Origin: the human T2T-CHM13v2.0 reference genome, Homo sapiens
Length of the DNA stretch: 64,000 nucleotides
Reading direction: 5' to 3' (one strand)
NCBI RefSeq assembly: GCF_009914755.1
Contig: NC_060933.1
Under the pieces are notes generated by a model, which was not told the origin of the DNA, did not search any database, and saw only the letters and a program-made list of their open reading frames with translations. Within the stretch, counting starts at the first letter, position 1; every line of letters starts with the position of its first letter. Of the stretch, positions 13,787 to 30,005 are shown in pieces. The position numbers and the translations under genes were made by a program.

Positions 13787-14830
13787 AAGAATGCAAGGTT
13801 GGTTTAACGTCCAAAAATAGATTAATGTAATAAGCCGTATCTAGAGAATGATGAACAAAAATCACACAATCATCTCAAAAGACACAGAAAAAGCATCTGA
13901 CAAAATCCAATATCCTTTCATAATAAAAAAAATTAAACAAACTAGAAACAAAACAGAACTTCATCAAGCTGATAAAGGGCATCTAAAAAAATGATATAAT
14001 TAATATCATAATTATGCCAAAAGACTAAATGTTTCTCTTTAAGATGCGGATGAAGAAAAGAATATTCATTTCTGCCACTTCTATTCAACACTGTATTGGA
14101 GGTTCTAGCCAGGGTAATTAGGTATGAAAAAGAAATAAAAGTCATCAAGAATAGAAAGAAAGAAGTAGTACTATCTTGATTTGTACATTACATACTCTTA
14201 CACAAAGAAAATCCTAAGAAATTCACTAAAAACCTATTAGAACTAATAAACTAGTTCATCAAATCTGCAGGATAATAGATCAATATTTTTAAAAATCAAT
14301 TCTATTTCTATACACTAACAAAGAACAATACAAAAATGAAATTCAAAATTTCCATTTACAATAACATCAAAAAGATTAAGAAAAATAGGAATAAATTTAA
14401 CAAGGGAATTGCAAAACTTATACTCTGAAAACTACAAAACATTATGGGGAAAAAAACCCTAAACATTACCTTAATAAATGGAAAGATATCCTATATTCAT
14501 GGATTGCAACACAATATTGTTAAGCTGACAATCCTCCCCAAATGAATCTACAGATTCAATTAAATCCCTACCAAAATCCCAGCTGGGCTTTTTGCAGAAA
14601 TTGATAAGCTAATACTAAAATTCATATGGAGATGCAAGGGACCCAGAATAGTCAAACAATCTTTAAAAAGAACAAAATTGGAGGACTCATACTTCTCAAT
14701 TTTAAAATTTACTACAAATCTACAGTAATCAAGACAGTATAGTACAGCATTAGGATATGAACAGGATTCAGAGTCCAGAAATAAATATTTGCAATTGTCA
14801 ATTACAATTGTCAATTAATTTTCAACAAGG

Positions 14831-15131
<301 letters not shown>

Positions 15132-15276
15132 TCAACAAGGAAACCAAAACAACTCAATGGAGAATTAATACTTTTCAACAGAAGGTGCAGGGGCAATTGA
15201 CTATCTACGTTTGAAAGAATAAAGTTAGACTCCTTCCTTATAAGCATATATAAAAATCAACTTGATTTGGATTGTA

Positions 15277-15638
<362 letters not shown>

Positions 15639-16895
15639 CTAATAAACAAACAAACAAACAAACTTAGAAGAAAACACAGAAATAAATCATTGTAACTTTA
15701 GGATGGGCAATGGTTTCTTAGGTACCATACTAAAGAACAAACAACAAAAGAAATATTAGATAAATAGGACTTCACTGAAATGAAAACTTCTGTTTCAGGT
15801 GACACAATCAAGAAAGAGAAAAGTTAACCTACAAAGTGGGAGAAAGTACTTGCAAGTCACATATCTGATAACAGGTTTGTATCTAGAATATATAAAGGAC
15901 CCTTATAACCTGGTAATTTTTTAAACGACCCAGTCACTGGATAGGTATTTCTCCACAGAAAATATACAAGAAGCACACTAAAAGATGCTCAATATAATTA
16001 GGCATTAGAGAAAGGCAAATCAAAATAACAATGATATGTCACTTCATCCCCACTAGAATGGCTATAATAAAAGAGACAGACAACAGTATCCACTGACAAG
16101 AATGTAGAGAAACTGGAACCTTACACATTGCTGGTGGCTATATAAAATGGTGCAGCTGTTATGGAAAACAGCTTGGCAGTTACTCAAAAAGCTAAAAAAT
16201 AGAATTACCATATGATCCAGCAATGCCATTCCTAGGTATATACCCAAAGGAATTGAAAGCAGAAATGCAAACATATACCAACAATGAATGACATTGTTGA
16301 TTGCAGCATTATTCACAATTGCTGAAAAGTGGAGATAACCAAATTGTCCATCAACAGATGAATGGATAAACAACATGCAGTATATACATCTAATGGATAA
16401 ATATTCAGCCATAAAGAGGAATGAAGTTCTGTACATACTACAACATGAATAAAGCTTGAAAACATTAGGGTAAGTGAAATAAACCAGACAGAAAAGGACA
16501 AATAATATATGATTCCACTTATATGAGGAAACTAGAATAGGCAAATTCATAGAGACAGAAAATAGGATAGAGGATACCAGAGGTTAGGAAGGAAGGGAAA
16601 ATGGGAAATTATTGTTAATGATTACAAAGTTTTTATTTGAGGTGTTGAAAAGATTTTAATAACAGATAGTGGTGATGGCTGCACAACAGTGTTAAACATA
16701 ATTAATACCACTAAATTTACACTTAAAAATATTTAAAATGGCAAATTTTGTTTTATATATACACATATTACTCCACAATTTAAATAATATACCAAAACCA
16801 TTAATTATATCTTTTATTAATGGGCAAATTGTATGGTTTGTGAATATCTCAAGAAACTTATTAAAAATAATTAAAATTAAACACTAAATCAATGG

Positions 16896-17035
16896 GTTTT
16901 TTGTTTGTTTTCATTTTTGTAGAGACAGGGTCTCACTATTTGCCCAGACTGATCTTGAATTCCTGGCCTCAAGCAATCCTTTCACATTGGCCTCCCAAAG
17001 TGCTAGGTTACTGGTGTGTGCCACTGTGCCTGGCC
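16896..17035 (-). mobile_element. Alu left monomer (FLAM-like)
   Basis: Single arm ending ...gtgcctggcc with a T-rich tail on the plus strand. Confidence 0.88.
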
Positions 17036-17546
17036 ATAAATGGATGGTTTTAAAAGCAATTAGACACAGCTGAAGAGAGAACTAGTAAACTGGAAGAAAG
17101 ACTTGAAGAAGTTATTGAATATATCAGAGAGAAACAGATTGAAAACACACAAAAAAAATGGTTTAAAACTGTAAAGGACAAAAAGAGAATGTCAGACATA
17201 TGTGTAATCAAAGCTCCAAAAAAAAAAGAAGTTCTAAGTCCTCAGATTCAAAAAGCTGGTCCTAACCAAGATATATAAGAAGAAAACTCCACTGCTAGAC
17301 ATATATCATTGCTAAACTAGAAAACAAGACACAAAAATATTAATTATAATGGAAAGGGACTTCAACAGCAATATAGGAAGCCAGAAGACAACGAAATGAC
17401 ATCTCCAATATGAGGTTAGAATAAGGACATCTTCAGATAAACAAAACTAAGATATTTGCCACTAACAAAGAATATTATTCAAGCAAGAAGATTAGCCCAG
17501 ATGAAAAAACTCTGAGATGCAAGAAGACATAAAGAACAAAGAAAAT
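17036..17546 (+). mobile_element. Old L1 ORF1-region fragment
   Basis: ttagacacagctgaagagagaactagtaaactggaaga; ggaagccagaagacaacgaaatgacatct. Confidence 0.65.
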
Positions 17547-17842
17547 GGCCAGGCACAGTGGCTCACACTTGTAATCCCAGCACTTTGGGAGGCCAAGGCG
17601 GCCAGATCACTTGAGGGCAGGAGTTTGAGACCTGCCTGGCCAATATGGCAAAACCTTGTCTCTACCGAAAATACAGAAATTAGCTGGGCGTGGTGGCATG
17701 CACCTGTAATCCCAGCTACTCAGGAAGCTGAGGCAGGAGAATTGTTTGAACCAGGAGGCGGAGGTTGCAGTGAGCCGAGATAGCCCCACTGTACTCCAGC
17801 TTGGGCGACAGAGCGAGACTTCATCTCAAAAAAATAAAAAAC
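17547..17842 (+). mobile_element. AluS
   Basis: Full dimer; 16-bp TSD aaagaacaaagaaaat at 17531-17546 and 17843-17858. Confidence 0.95.
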
Positions 17843-18081
17843 AAAGAACAAAGAAAATAGAAAATACACAGATAAATCTAAACAAGCATTGGTTATATAA
17901 AAAAATCAATAATATCTTACATGTTTAAAGTAAAATACACAACAATAAAAACCATATAAACAAGGAGGGGAATGATTAAAGTCAAAACAATATACAATCT
18001 TGTATTGTCCAGGAGGAGGGTAAAGACGCCAATTAAAGTTAAATAAACATGCAAAAATTTCTCAGAAACTGTTGATTTGTA

Positions 18082-20462
18082 TGGGCATAGTTTGTTTTAT
18101 TGCACTTCAAAGATACTGCTTTAAAAAAAAAAAAAAAAAAAAAAAAACAAATTGAAAGTATATGACAACCCTGGATAGAGCAAGTCATTTCATGTCTCTG
18201 TGTCACATTTTGGGAATTTTTTGCAATATTTCAAACTCTTTAAATTATTATTATATCTGTTATGATGATCAGTGATCAATGATCTTTGATGTTGCTGTTG
18301 TAATTGTTTTGGGGTGCCATAAACCATGCCCATATAAGATGGCAAACTTCGTCAATAAATGTGTGTGTGTTCTGACTGTTCCACCAACCAGCCATTCTCC
18401 CATCTTTCTCTTCCTTGGGCCTCCTTATTCCTTGAGACACAATAATATTGACATTAAGCCCATAATTCACCCTACAATGGCCTCTGAGTATTCAACTGAA
18501 AGGAGGAGTTGCATGTCTTTAAATCAAAAGCTAAACATAATTAAGCTTAGCAGTGACGAAGGCATATTGAAAGTCAAGATAGGCTCAAAGTTCGTCTTCT
18601 TGTACCAAACAGCCCAACTGCGAATCCAAAGGAAATGTTCTTGAAGAAAAAGAAAAGTACTACTTCAGTAACACATGAATGATAATAAAGTGAAACAGCC
18701 TGATTGCTGATACATGAAAGTTTTAGTGGTCTGGACAGATCAAACCAGCCACAACATTCCCTTACACAAAAGCCTGATCCACATCAAGGCCCTGACTCTC
18801 TTCAATTCTATGAAGGCTGAGAGAGGTGAGGAAGCTGCAGGAGAGTTTGAAACTAGCAGAGGTTGGTTCATGAGGTTTAAGGGAAAATGCCATCTCCATA
18901 ACATAAAAAAGTGCAAGGTGAAGCTGCAAATCCTGGTGCAGAAGCTGCAACAAGTTATCCAGAAGTTCAAGCTAAGATCATTGATAAAGGTGGCTACACT
19001 AACAAAAGATTTTCAATGTAGATGAAACCACCTTATATTAGAAGAAAATGCCATCTAGGACTTTCATAGCTAGAGAGGAGATGTCAAAACCAGCTTCAAA
19101 GGACAGGATGAATCTTTTGTTAGGAGCTAATGCAGCTGGTGACTTTAAATTCAAACCAATGCTCATCGACCATTCTGAAAATCCTAGGGTTCTTAAGTAT
19201 AATATTACGCTAAATCTACTTTGCCTGTGCTCTATAAATGGAACAAAGCCTGGATGCCAGCACATCATTTTATAGCATGTATTACTATTTAGGTTGGTGC
19301 AAAAATTATTCTGGTTTTTGCCATTGAGTAATGACACAAACCACAATTACTTTTGCACCAACATAATAAATAGTCTAAACCCACTGTTGAAACCTACTAC
19401 TCAGAAAAAAAGACAATGCACCTGGTCATCCAACAGCTCTGATGGAGATATACAAGGAGATGAAGGCTGTTGCCAGGCCTGCTAACACAACATCCATTCT
19501 GCAGCCCCTGGATCAAGGAGTAATTTTGACTTTGAAGTCTAAGAAATACATAAGGCTATAGCTGCAATATATAGTTATTCCTCTGATGGGTTTGGGCAAA
19601 ATAAATTGAAAACCTTCTGGAAAGAATTCACCATTCTAGATGCCATTAAGAACAATTGTGATTTGTGGGAGGTCAAAATACCAACATTAACAAGAGTTTG
19701 GAAGAAGCTGATTCCAGCCCTCCTGGATGACATTGAGGTATTTAAGACTTCAGTGGAGGAAGTAATGCAGATGTGATAGAAGCTACAAGAGAACCAGAAC
19801 TAAAAGCAGAACCTGAAAATGGGACTGAATTGCTGCGATCTCATGATAAAATTTGAATGGATGAGAAGTTGCTTCTTACAAATGAGCAAAGAATGTCCTT
19901 TCTTGAGATGGAAACTACTTTTGGTGAAAACATTGTAAACATTGTTGAAATGACAAGAAAGCATTTATAATATTACACAAACCTGGTTGATAAACCAGTA
20001 GCAGCGTTTGAGAGGTTTCCGATTCTAAAAGGAGTTCGACTGGGGGTAAAATGCTATTAAAGAGCATCACATCCTACAGAGTAATCTTTCGTGAAAGGAA
20101 GAGTCAATCAATGCAGCAAACTTCATTGCTGTCTTACTTTAAAAAATTGCCACAGCCATCCCAGCCTTCAGCAGCCACCATCCTGACCAGCCGGTAGCCA
20201 TCAACATTTAGACAAGATCGTTTGCGATCAAAAAGATTACAAGTTGATTGTTAGCAATTTTTAGCAATAAAATATTTTTAAATCATGATATGTACCTTTT
20301 TAAACATAATGCTATTATACAATTAATAGACAATAGTAGAGTATAAACATAACTTTACATGCATTGGGACACCAAATAAATTTGTGACTCACTTTATTGC
20401 GCTATTCACTTTATTGTGGTCTGCAACTAAACTGAACCTGCAATATCTCTGAGGTATGCCTG
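18082..20462 (+). mobile_element. Tigger1 (TcMar/pogo-like DNA transposon), near full length, transposase disrupted
   Basis: TA-flanked termini (ta|tgggcata... and ...tctgaggtatgcctg|ta). ORF fragments 18714-19025 ([36 protein letters not shown]) and 19048-19275 ([34 protein letters not shown]) are Tigger1/TIGD1-type transposase. Confidence 0.95.
19289..19366. mobile_element. MADE1 MITE (Hsmar1-derived) nested in Tigger1
   Basis: 78-bp palindrome TTAGGTTGGTGCAAAA...TTTTGCACCAACATAA with 37-bp arms and a 4-nt loop, followed by TA. Confidence 0.93.
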
Positions 20463-20469
20463 TATTAGT

Positions 20470-20715
20470 TAACATTATGGACACTGAAAGCACACGACCT
20501 GGGTTCAAATCCCAGCCCTACTACTTGATAGCTCTGTGGCCTTGGACAGATTACATAAGCTCGCCATGCCATGGTTTCCCCATCTGTAAAATTGAGACAG
20601 TAACAGTATCTATCCCATAGGGTTTTTGTGATGATTAAGAGAGTTAATATAGGTAAAGCATATAAAACAATGACTGGTATAAAATAAGCACTACTAAGTC
20701 ATAGCCACCATTATT
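20470..20715 (+). mobile_element. MIR
   Basis: cctgggttcaaatcccagc...gtttccccatctgtaaaattgaga. Confidence 0.85.
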
Positions 20716-20956
20716 TTCAGTGTATCAGTTAAAGGCACAGAAATAGTATTTAAGTCCCAAATGATAAAAGGGAAAAAATTGAATGATTAAAATGCTTAAA
20801 TAATCCAAAAGAAAGGAATAAAAAAATGAAGCATAAAAAGCATTTCCAGTAAAAAATACAGGTAAGATGACTGGATTTTAAAAGATCCAACTATATATTG
20901 CTTTCAAGAGACACGTCTTCAACACAAGAATGAAAAAAAAATAAGAAAACACAAGC

Positions 20957-21305
20957 ATGGAAGTGTATAATTTGATGAGTTTTGACATATGTGTACATCC
21001 ATTAAACCATCACCACAATCAATCAACCCCAAAAGTTTCTTTGTGCTCCTCCGTAATCTATCCCTCCTGCTGCACTCCCCACCACCCATCCCTAGGGAAC
21101 CACTGGTGTGCTTTCTGTCACTATACATTAGTTTGTACTTTCTAGGCTTTTATATAAATGGAATCAGAAAGTATGTACTCTTTTTGTCTGGCTTCTTTCA
21201 CTCAAGATAATTATGTTGAGATCCATCCATGTTGTTGAATATAGCAATACCTTGTTCCTTTTTATTACTACTATTCTATGTATAGAACTCAATTTGTTTA
21301 CTCCT
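20957..21305 (-). mobile_element. L1M (MB/MC-type) 3'UTR fragment
   Basis: gatgagttttgacatatgtgtacatcc...tatataaatggaatca...gagatccatccatgttgtt. Confidence 0.8.
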
Positions 21306-21309
21306 TTCT

Positions 21310-22225
21310 AGCCTCTCCAGACAATAAATGATGTTAAAATTACGAAATGGCCTCTGGGTAAAGATCAAATCCAGGGTACTCTTAGGATAAGAAAAAGCTA
21401 AGGGGGTGATTTTAAAATTCTTTGCAAGACCTCCAAAAGACCTAAGGTGGCACCATCATAGAGAACCATTCAGTTAAACAACAGGGCTTCTAAGAAGCTT
21501 ACAACTGTTGTTCCTCAGTGGTCTCACTAGAAAACCAAAGTAGAAAAGGCGGGCTTATCTCAAAGACATTTGTGGGTATGAATATTATGTCAAGGAGTAA
21601 ACTCCAGCAGATTCACAGGACAACAAAGGAGTTTTTAAGAGGCTCCTACGGGGAGAAACACAGCTAGCCTGGACTGAAAGGAACAAAGAAAATACAAATG
21701 AAAAAACAATAGGCTGTTGACTCACTAAACTTTACAGACCAGAAGCAGGCTGAGAAACCACTCAGTTGCAAACACAGGTTCTCTTTTATTTAAAGAAGGA
21801 CGATTCAGAATCCAAAAGCCCAGAAGGTAGAACTAAGAGCCATGGTGAGCCACTCTCAGGCTAGAGCAGGACTGAGTCTCCATCAGGAAACTTCCAACAT
21901 TTGCCCAGCGTATTTGGGGACCGCTATTGAGTGCTATGTGCTCCAACGTGCCTCCTGCTGGCCCCCTTTTAAACAATCAGTGTCTTCGGCAGTTATCTTC
22001 TGCCTGTCCCGCCATTACACTCTGGGGAAGAGTGGTGGTGGTAGGGACGGGGAACAGTTAACTTCTCTCTTTAGTTTACAAATTGAGAGGGCCTGTACTT
22101 GAGAAGCTATACTTAAGAAGTCATATCTAAGTTTCTCATCCTCACCTAAGCCTGATTTAGTTCCGGAGATTGAGGGGTCTGAGCTGCTGATGTAAGGATG
22201 GCACTTTTGGGGACCTTGGGGAGGC
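21310..22225 (+). mobile_element. MaLR internal sequence (MLT1-int, F/G/H-like)
   Basis: aagatcaaatc..., gggcttctaagaa, gaagcaggctgagaaaccactcagttgcaaacac and cctgatttag match MLT1 internal consensus text as recalled. Confidence 0.7.
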
Positions 22226-22785
22226 TGAGGATACACAGATTTCCATAGCAACTGGGTATAAAACTGTTTGCTCCCTGCTGCCTCTGCTGAGCTGCCACAG
22301 CACTTTGTGCCTGTCTCTATTTATCCCAAATAATGTATGGCTACTGGTTGACTATTTATTTCCCTCATCAGATGTAAACTCCTCAAAAAGAAAGTGTTTT
22401 ATTTATATCCATAGCATTAAGTCCTTCAAAGACTTGTTTGAATTTATGAATAAGTATATGAAGAAAGCCAGTCTGTCATGGACTCAGGCCATCCAAAGCC
22501 ACACTAATGAATATAACAGCACACTCCCAGTGCACTTATGCGACGGGCCTCAGTTAAACATTTAGGAAAGCTAAGCAATTAAAAATAAGAATGTTCACCT
22601 TATCCACCACAGCAGCAGAGGGAATACTGAAACTCAGGACTGATTCTCAGGAACATCCTGAAAACACCACCCTATAAACCTGCATTTTAATAGCCTGACA
22701 CAGCTCAAAAACATTGGCTGATAAGAGTGCAACTAGTTTTTAAAAAGAAAGAAAAAACCTTCCAAAGATGTTTCATTTTAAATTG

Positions 22786-23107
22786 TTTTTCTTTCTTTTT
22801 TTTTTCTTTTTTTCTTTTTTGGTTTTGAGATGGAATCCTGCTCTGTCACCCAGGCTAGAATGCAGTGGCATAATCTTGGCTCACTGCAACCTCCACCGCC
22901 TGGGTTAAAGCCATTCTCCTGCCTCAGCCTCCCCAAGTAACTGGGATTACAGGTGAACACCACCACATCCAGCTAATTTTATTATTTTTAGTAGACACGA
23001 GGTTTCACCATGTTGGCCAGGCTGGTCTCGAACTTCTGACCTCATGATCCGCCGGTCTCAGCCTCCCAAAGTGCTGGGATTACAGGCATGAGCCACCACG
23101 CCCAGCC
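22786..23107 (-). mobile_element. AluS
   Basis: Reverse dimer with T-rich tail. Confidence 0.95.
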
Positions 23108-23138
23108 TTTAAATTTTATTATAAATAACCAGTGATCA

Positions 23139-23588
<450 letters not shown>

Positions 23589-24260
23589 TCAGGTTTTAGG
23601 AAACAAATCTTTCTGTGAGGGTCTCCAAGAGATTTGTTTTTTGACACAATAAGGGCTCAATGACAGAGTAAAGAAATCATTCAGTAGCACTCCAGGGCAA
23701 TACTTAGAGACATCTTTCTATCTTGAGATGCCAGCCTCTCAAAAAAGCTACTGTTCCTCTCAATGGGCCGGAAAATGTCTCAGATTAAGAAGCATTTCCT
23801 TTAGGTAACTATTACAATACACCTACTTCTAAGATATTTTCATGGGAAAAAAAATATATGTATCATCACCTTTAGAATATTAGGATATATTAGTATATAT
23901 CAACACCTTTAGAAAGTCAATCACACTGTACACATAATTTGCAGGAAAAGAGAAACCGTGGGTGAAACAAATATTAGGCAGCAATAACTGAGGCAGATGA
24001 AAGTATTTACAAATTCATTTTTAACCCACTGCATTAACTCATTTTGAGCAAGATCATTCTTTCTACATTTCTGCTGGCAAAAATCAACCTTGCTGGTCTC
24101 TCAACACAAATGGCAACATTCATCCTAGCCCTCAGCTGATTCTCCTGCCCGGGAACTTCAGACTGTTCCTTGATCCCAATCACAACATTTGTAAAGAACG
24201 TCTACATGTAATAGGACCCAGATGTTTAATATTTTGTCTCAGATTTAAAAATAAAATTCA

Positions 24261-24618
<358 letters not shown>

Positions 24619-25104
24619 AAATAAAAAATGAAGCAACTGATTTAATCAATTTAAGCAAATGGTTACCAGTTCACATGAAGTTTCTCTCTCCTCTTCTGTC
24701 TCTTGGTCGAATATATCTTCATCTTATCAGCTACCGAGATAGTACCAGACATTGCCACAACCTACTGCATGCAAAGTGGTAATAAATGCAGTGGAAGGGA
24801 AATAGAAGATAATGAACCGATCCTTCATATACTCTAAATCTCTTTTCTACCTTGCTAAGAAAAACAAGATAAGTCCCTGGAGATACTCTAGAAGTAAATG
24901 TAACCATAGGTAAAACTCCACTCTAAAAAACACAATTATAATGTCCAGTTCTATGTAAATGGAGCTATTTCAAAAGCCTCACAAACAACTGATACTAACA
25001 TTGCCTTGCTTATTTGGACATAACAAATTCCACTGAATGAGATATTTTTAAATATCTCTTCATTTAGCTAGCTACCTACTGAATAGGATTATTCTTCAAG
25101 GGAG

Positions 25105-26050
<946 letters not shown>

Positions 26051-26089
26051 TAGACTTTACTTTCTCTTCCTAATTGACAATTTAATCCT

Positions 26090-28295
<2,206 letters not shown>

Positions 28296-29224
28296 TTAAA
28301 TCTTTAAAAAATACTCAGATTTAATTGGATGTAGGGTGAGAGTCTAGGGTGACTTTCAGGCTTCTAGCATTAGTAAGTGAGTGGGTACAAATGCCCTTCA
28401 ACAAGACCGTGGATAGAAGGAACAGTTTAGGATTAGGATCGGCGTTTCCATTTTGTTTTGCTAGGTGACTGGCAGTGGGGGTAAAAGGTTGGTCGAGGGG
28501 AGGAGGTTAAATTCAATTTGAGATGCCCATGTAGGATGGAGAAACAGCTACGGACAGAGAGCTGAGGACCCAGGTCTGGCACTCGGAAGTCAGGGCCAAA
28601 GACACAAGCTGAGAAATGATCAGTCTGTAGGCAATAGGAGAAACCAAGTGTGACTGAGATCTTACTTGGAGAATTTATCATCCACCACATTCCATAAACA
28701 ATTTGAAATGACTTACAAAAATACTTATAGTTAAAAGATTAAAAATACACATGTAAACCGAGGGTGTAAGGACAAAGGGAAAATAAAAGGAGGAAAGATT
28801 ATGCCAGGGATTATAATAGCATACAAAAATGCATACCAAAAAAATCCATACAAAAATAATAACATACTAAAATAGTCATGTGTAGTTCACAGAGCTAGAA
28901 GGCAAACATAGCCCTAAGGTTCTTGAGAACCAATCCAGGAAGAATGCATAGCAAAAAGGAACCTCTAGATACTGTATCTGAACATCCACCTACCATACAG
29001 TATGTGCACCTTTGTTAGCACTTACTAACAGTATAAACCTGACATTTTCTTTATAAAAGGAAACAATAGTATACAGTTTTCTGTATGCTAACAAAATAGG
29101 CTTACACTTTTCTACATAAATAAAAACAGTTCTGATGTCCTTTTAGTCATTAAAACACAAATCTATCTATATCCATGAACACTTTCTCTTCATTTACAGG
29201 ACCTGGAATAAATTAAGAATATTA

Positions 29225-29440
29225 ATAACAGGAACTAACATTTGCATGGGGTTTACATTTTGAATGGTATTTCTATTTACTACACATTATTTCATTATTT
29301 TGCCATCTAGTGTGACAGACAATGCAGGTATAGACCTAATTTTACAGATTAGCAAATAGGTTCAGAGAGGTTAAATTACCTATTTAAAATTACATGGTTA
29401 ATAAGAATTTGGACTGTAACTCCAGTTTTCTGACTCCATG
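29225..29440 (-). mobile_element. MIR
   Basis: attttacagattag...ggttcagagaggttaaattacc...tctgactcca. Confidence 0.7.
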
Positions 29441-29699
29441 CACCACTCATTCATTTATTCATCCATCCATCCAAATATTCATCAAGCATCTCCCAGAAAA
29501 CATTGCCCATTCTGCATCGTTGCTGTGAAGATTAAATAAAAGAACATGGGAATGCTTACAAAGTGTGAAGCCTATACAAATGCTAGCCATTTGCAAAGCC
29601 ATCATCATTAGATTCCCCATTTTAAAGATATTAGACCTTCTTACATTTGGGGGAAGCCAAATATAATATGGAAATTTTAAAAAATGTATGAAATTTGGT

Positions 29700-30005
29700 T
29701 GAGACATATTGGGAAATGCATATTTAAAAGGAGAGGAGAGGAGTGGACTAAGATGAAGCTGGATAGGGAAAGGATGGAGCATGGAAGACCTCATTTGCCC
29801 TGCTAATGAGCTTGACTTTAGCTTGGGGTGACAGAGGACCACAGAAAGGTGTTACAAAGGGAATATTGTGGTCTCAGCTGTGTTTTTAAAAGATTGCTGA
29901 GATGACAGCATTAAATATGGATGTGAAGGAAAGCATAAAGGCCAGTTAGGAGGCCATGGTAATCAGCTAGGAAAGAGAAGGTGCACGCCTGAGCTAAGTG
30001 AGGGT
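29700..30005 (-). mobile_element. L2 fragment
   Basis: ccagttaggaggccatggtaatc; gagcttgacttta. Confidence 0.6.

Noticed and set aside
16062-16550. 162-aa hydrophobic ORF on the minus strand
   Set aside because: Antisense reading of the L1 ORF2 end and 3'UTR.
18279-19485. Transposase-like ORFs as a domesticated TIGD gene or active element
   Set aside because: Broken into several frames by stops, indels and the MADE1 insertion; a fossil Tigger1.
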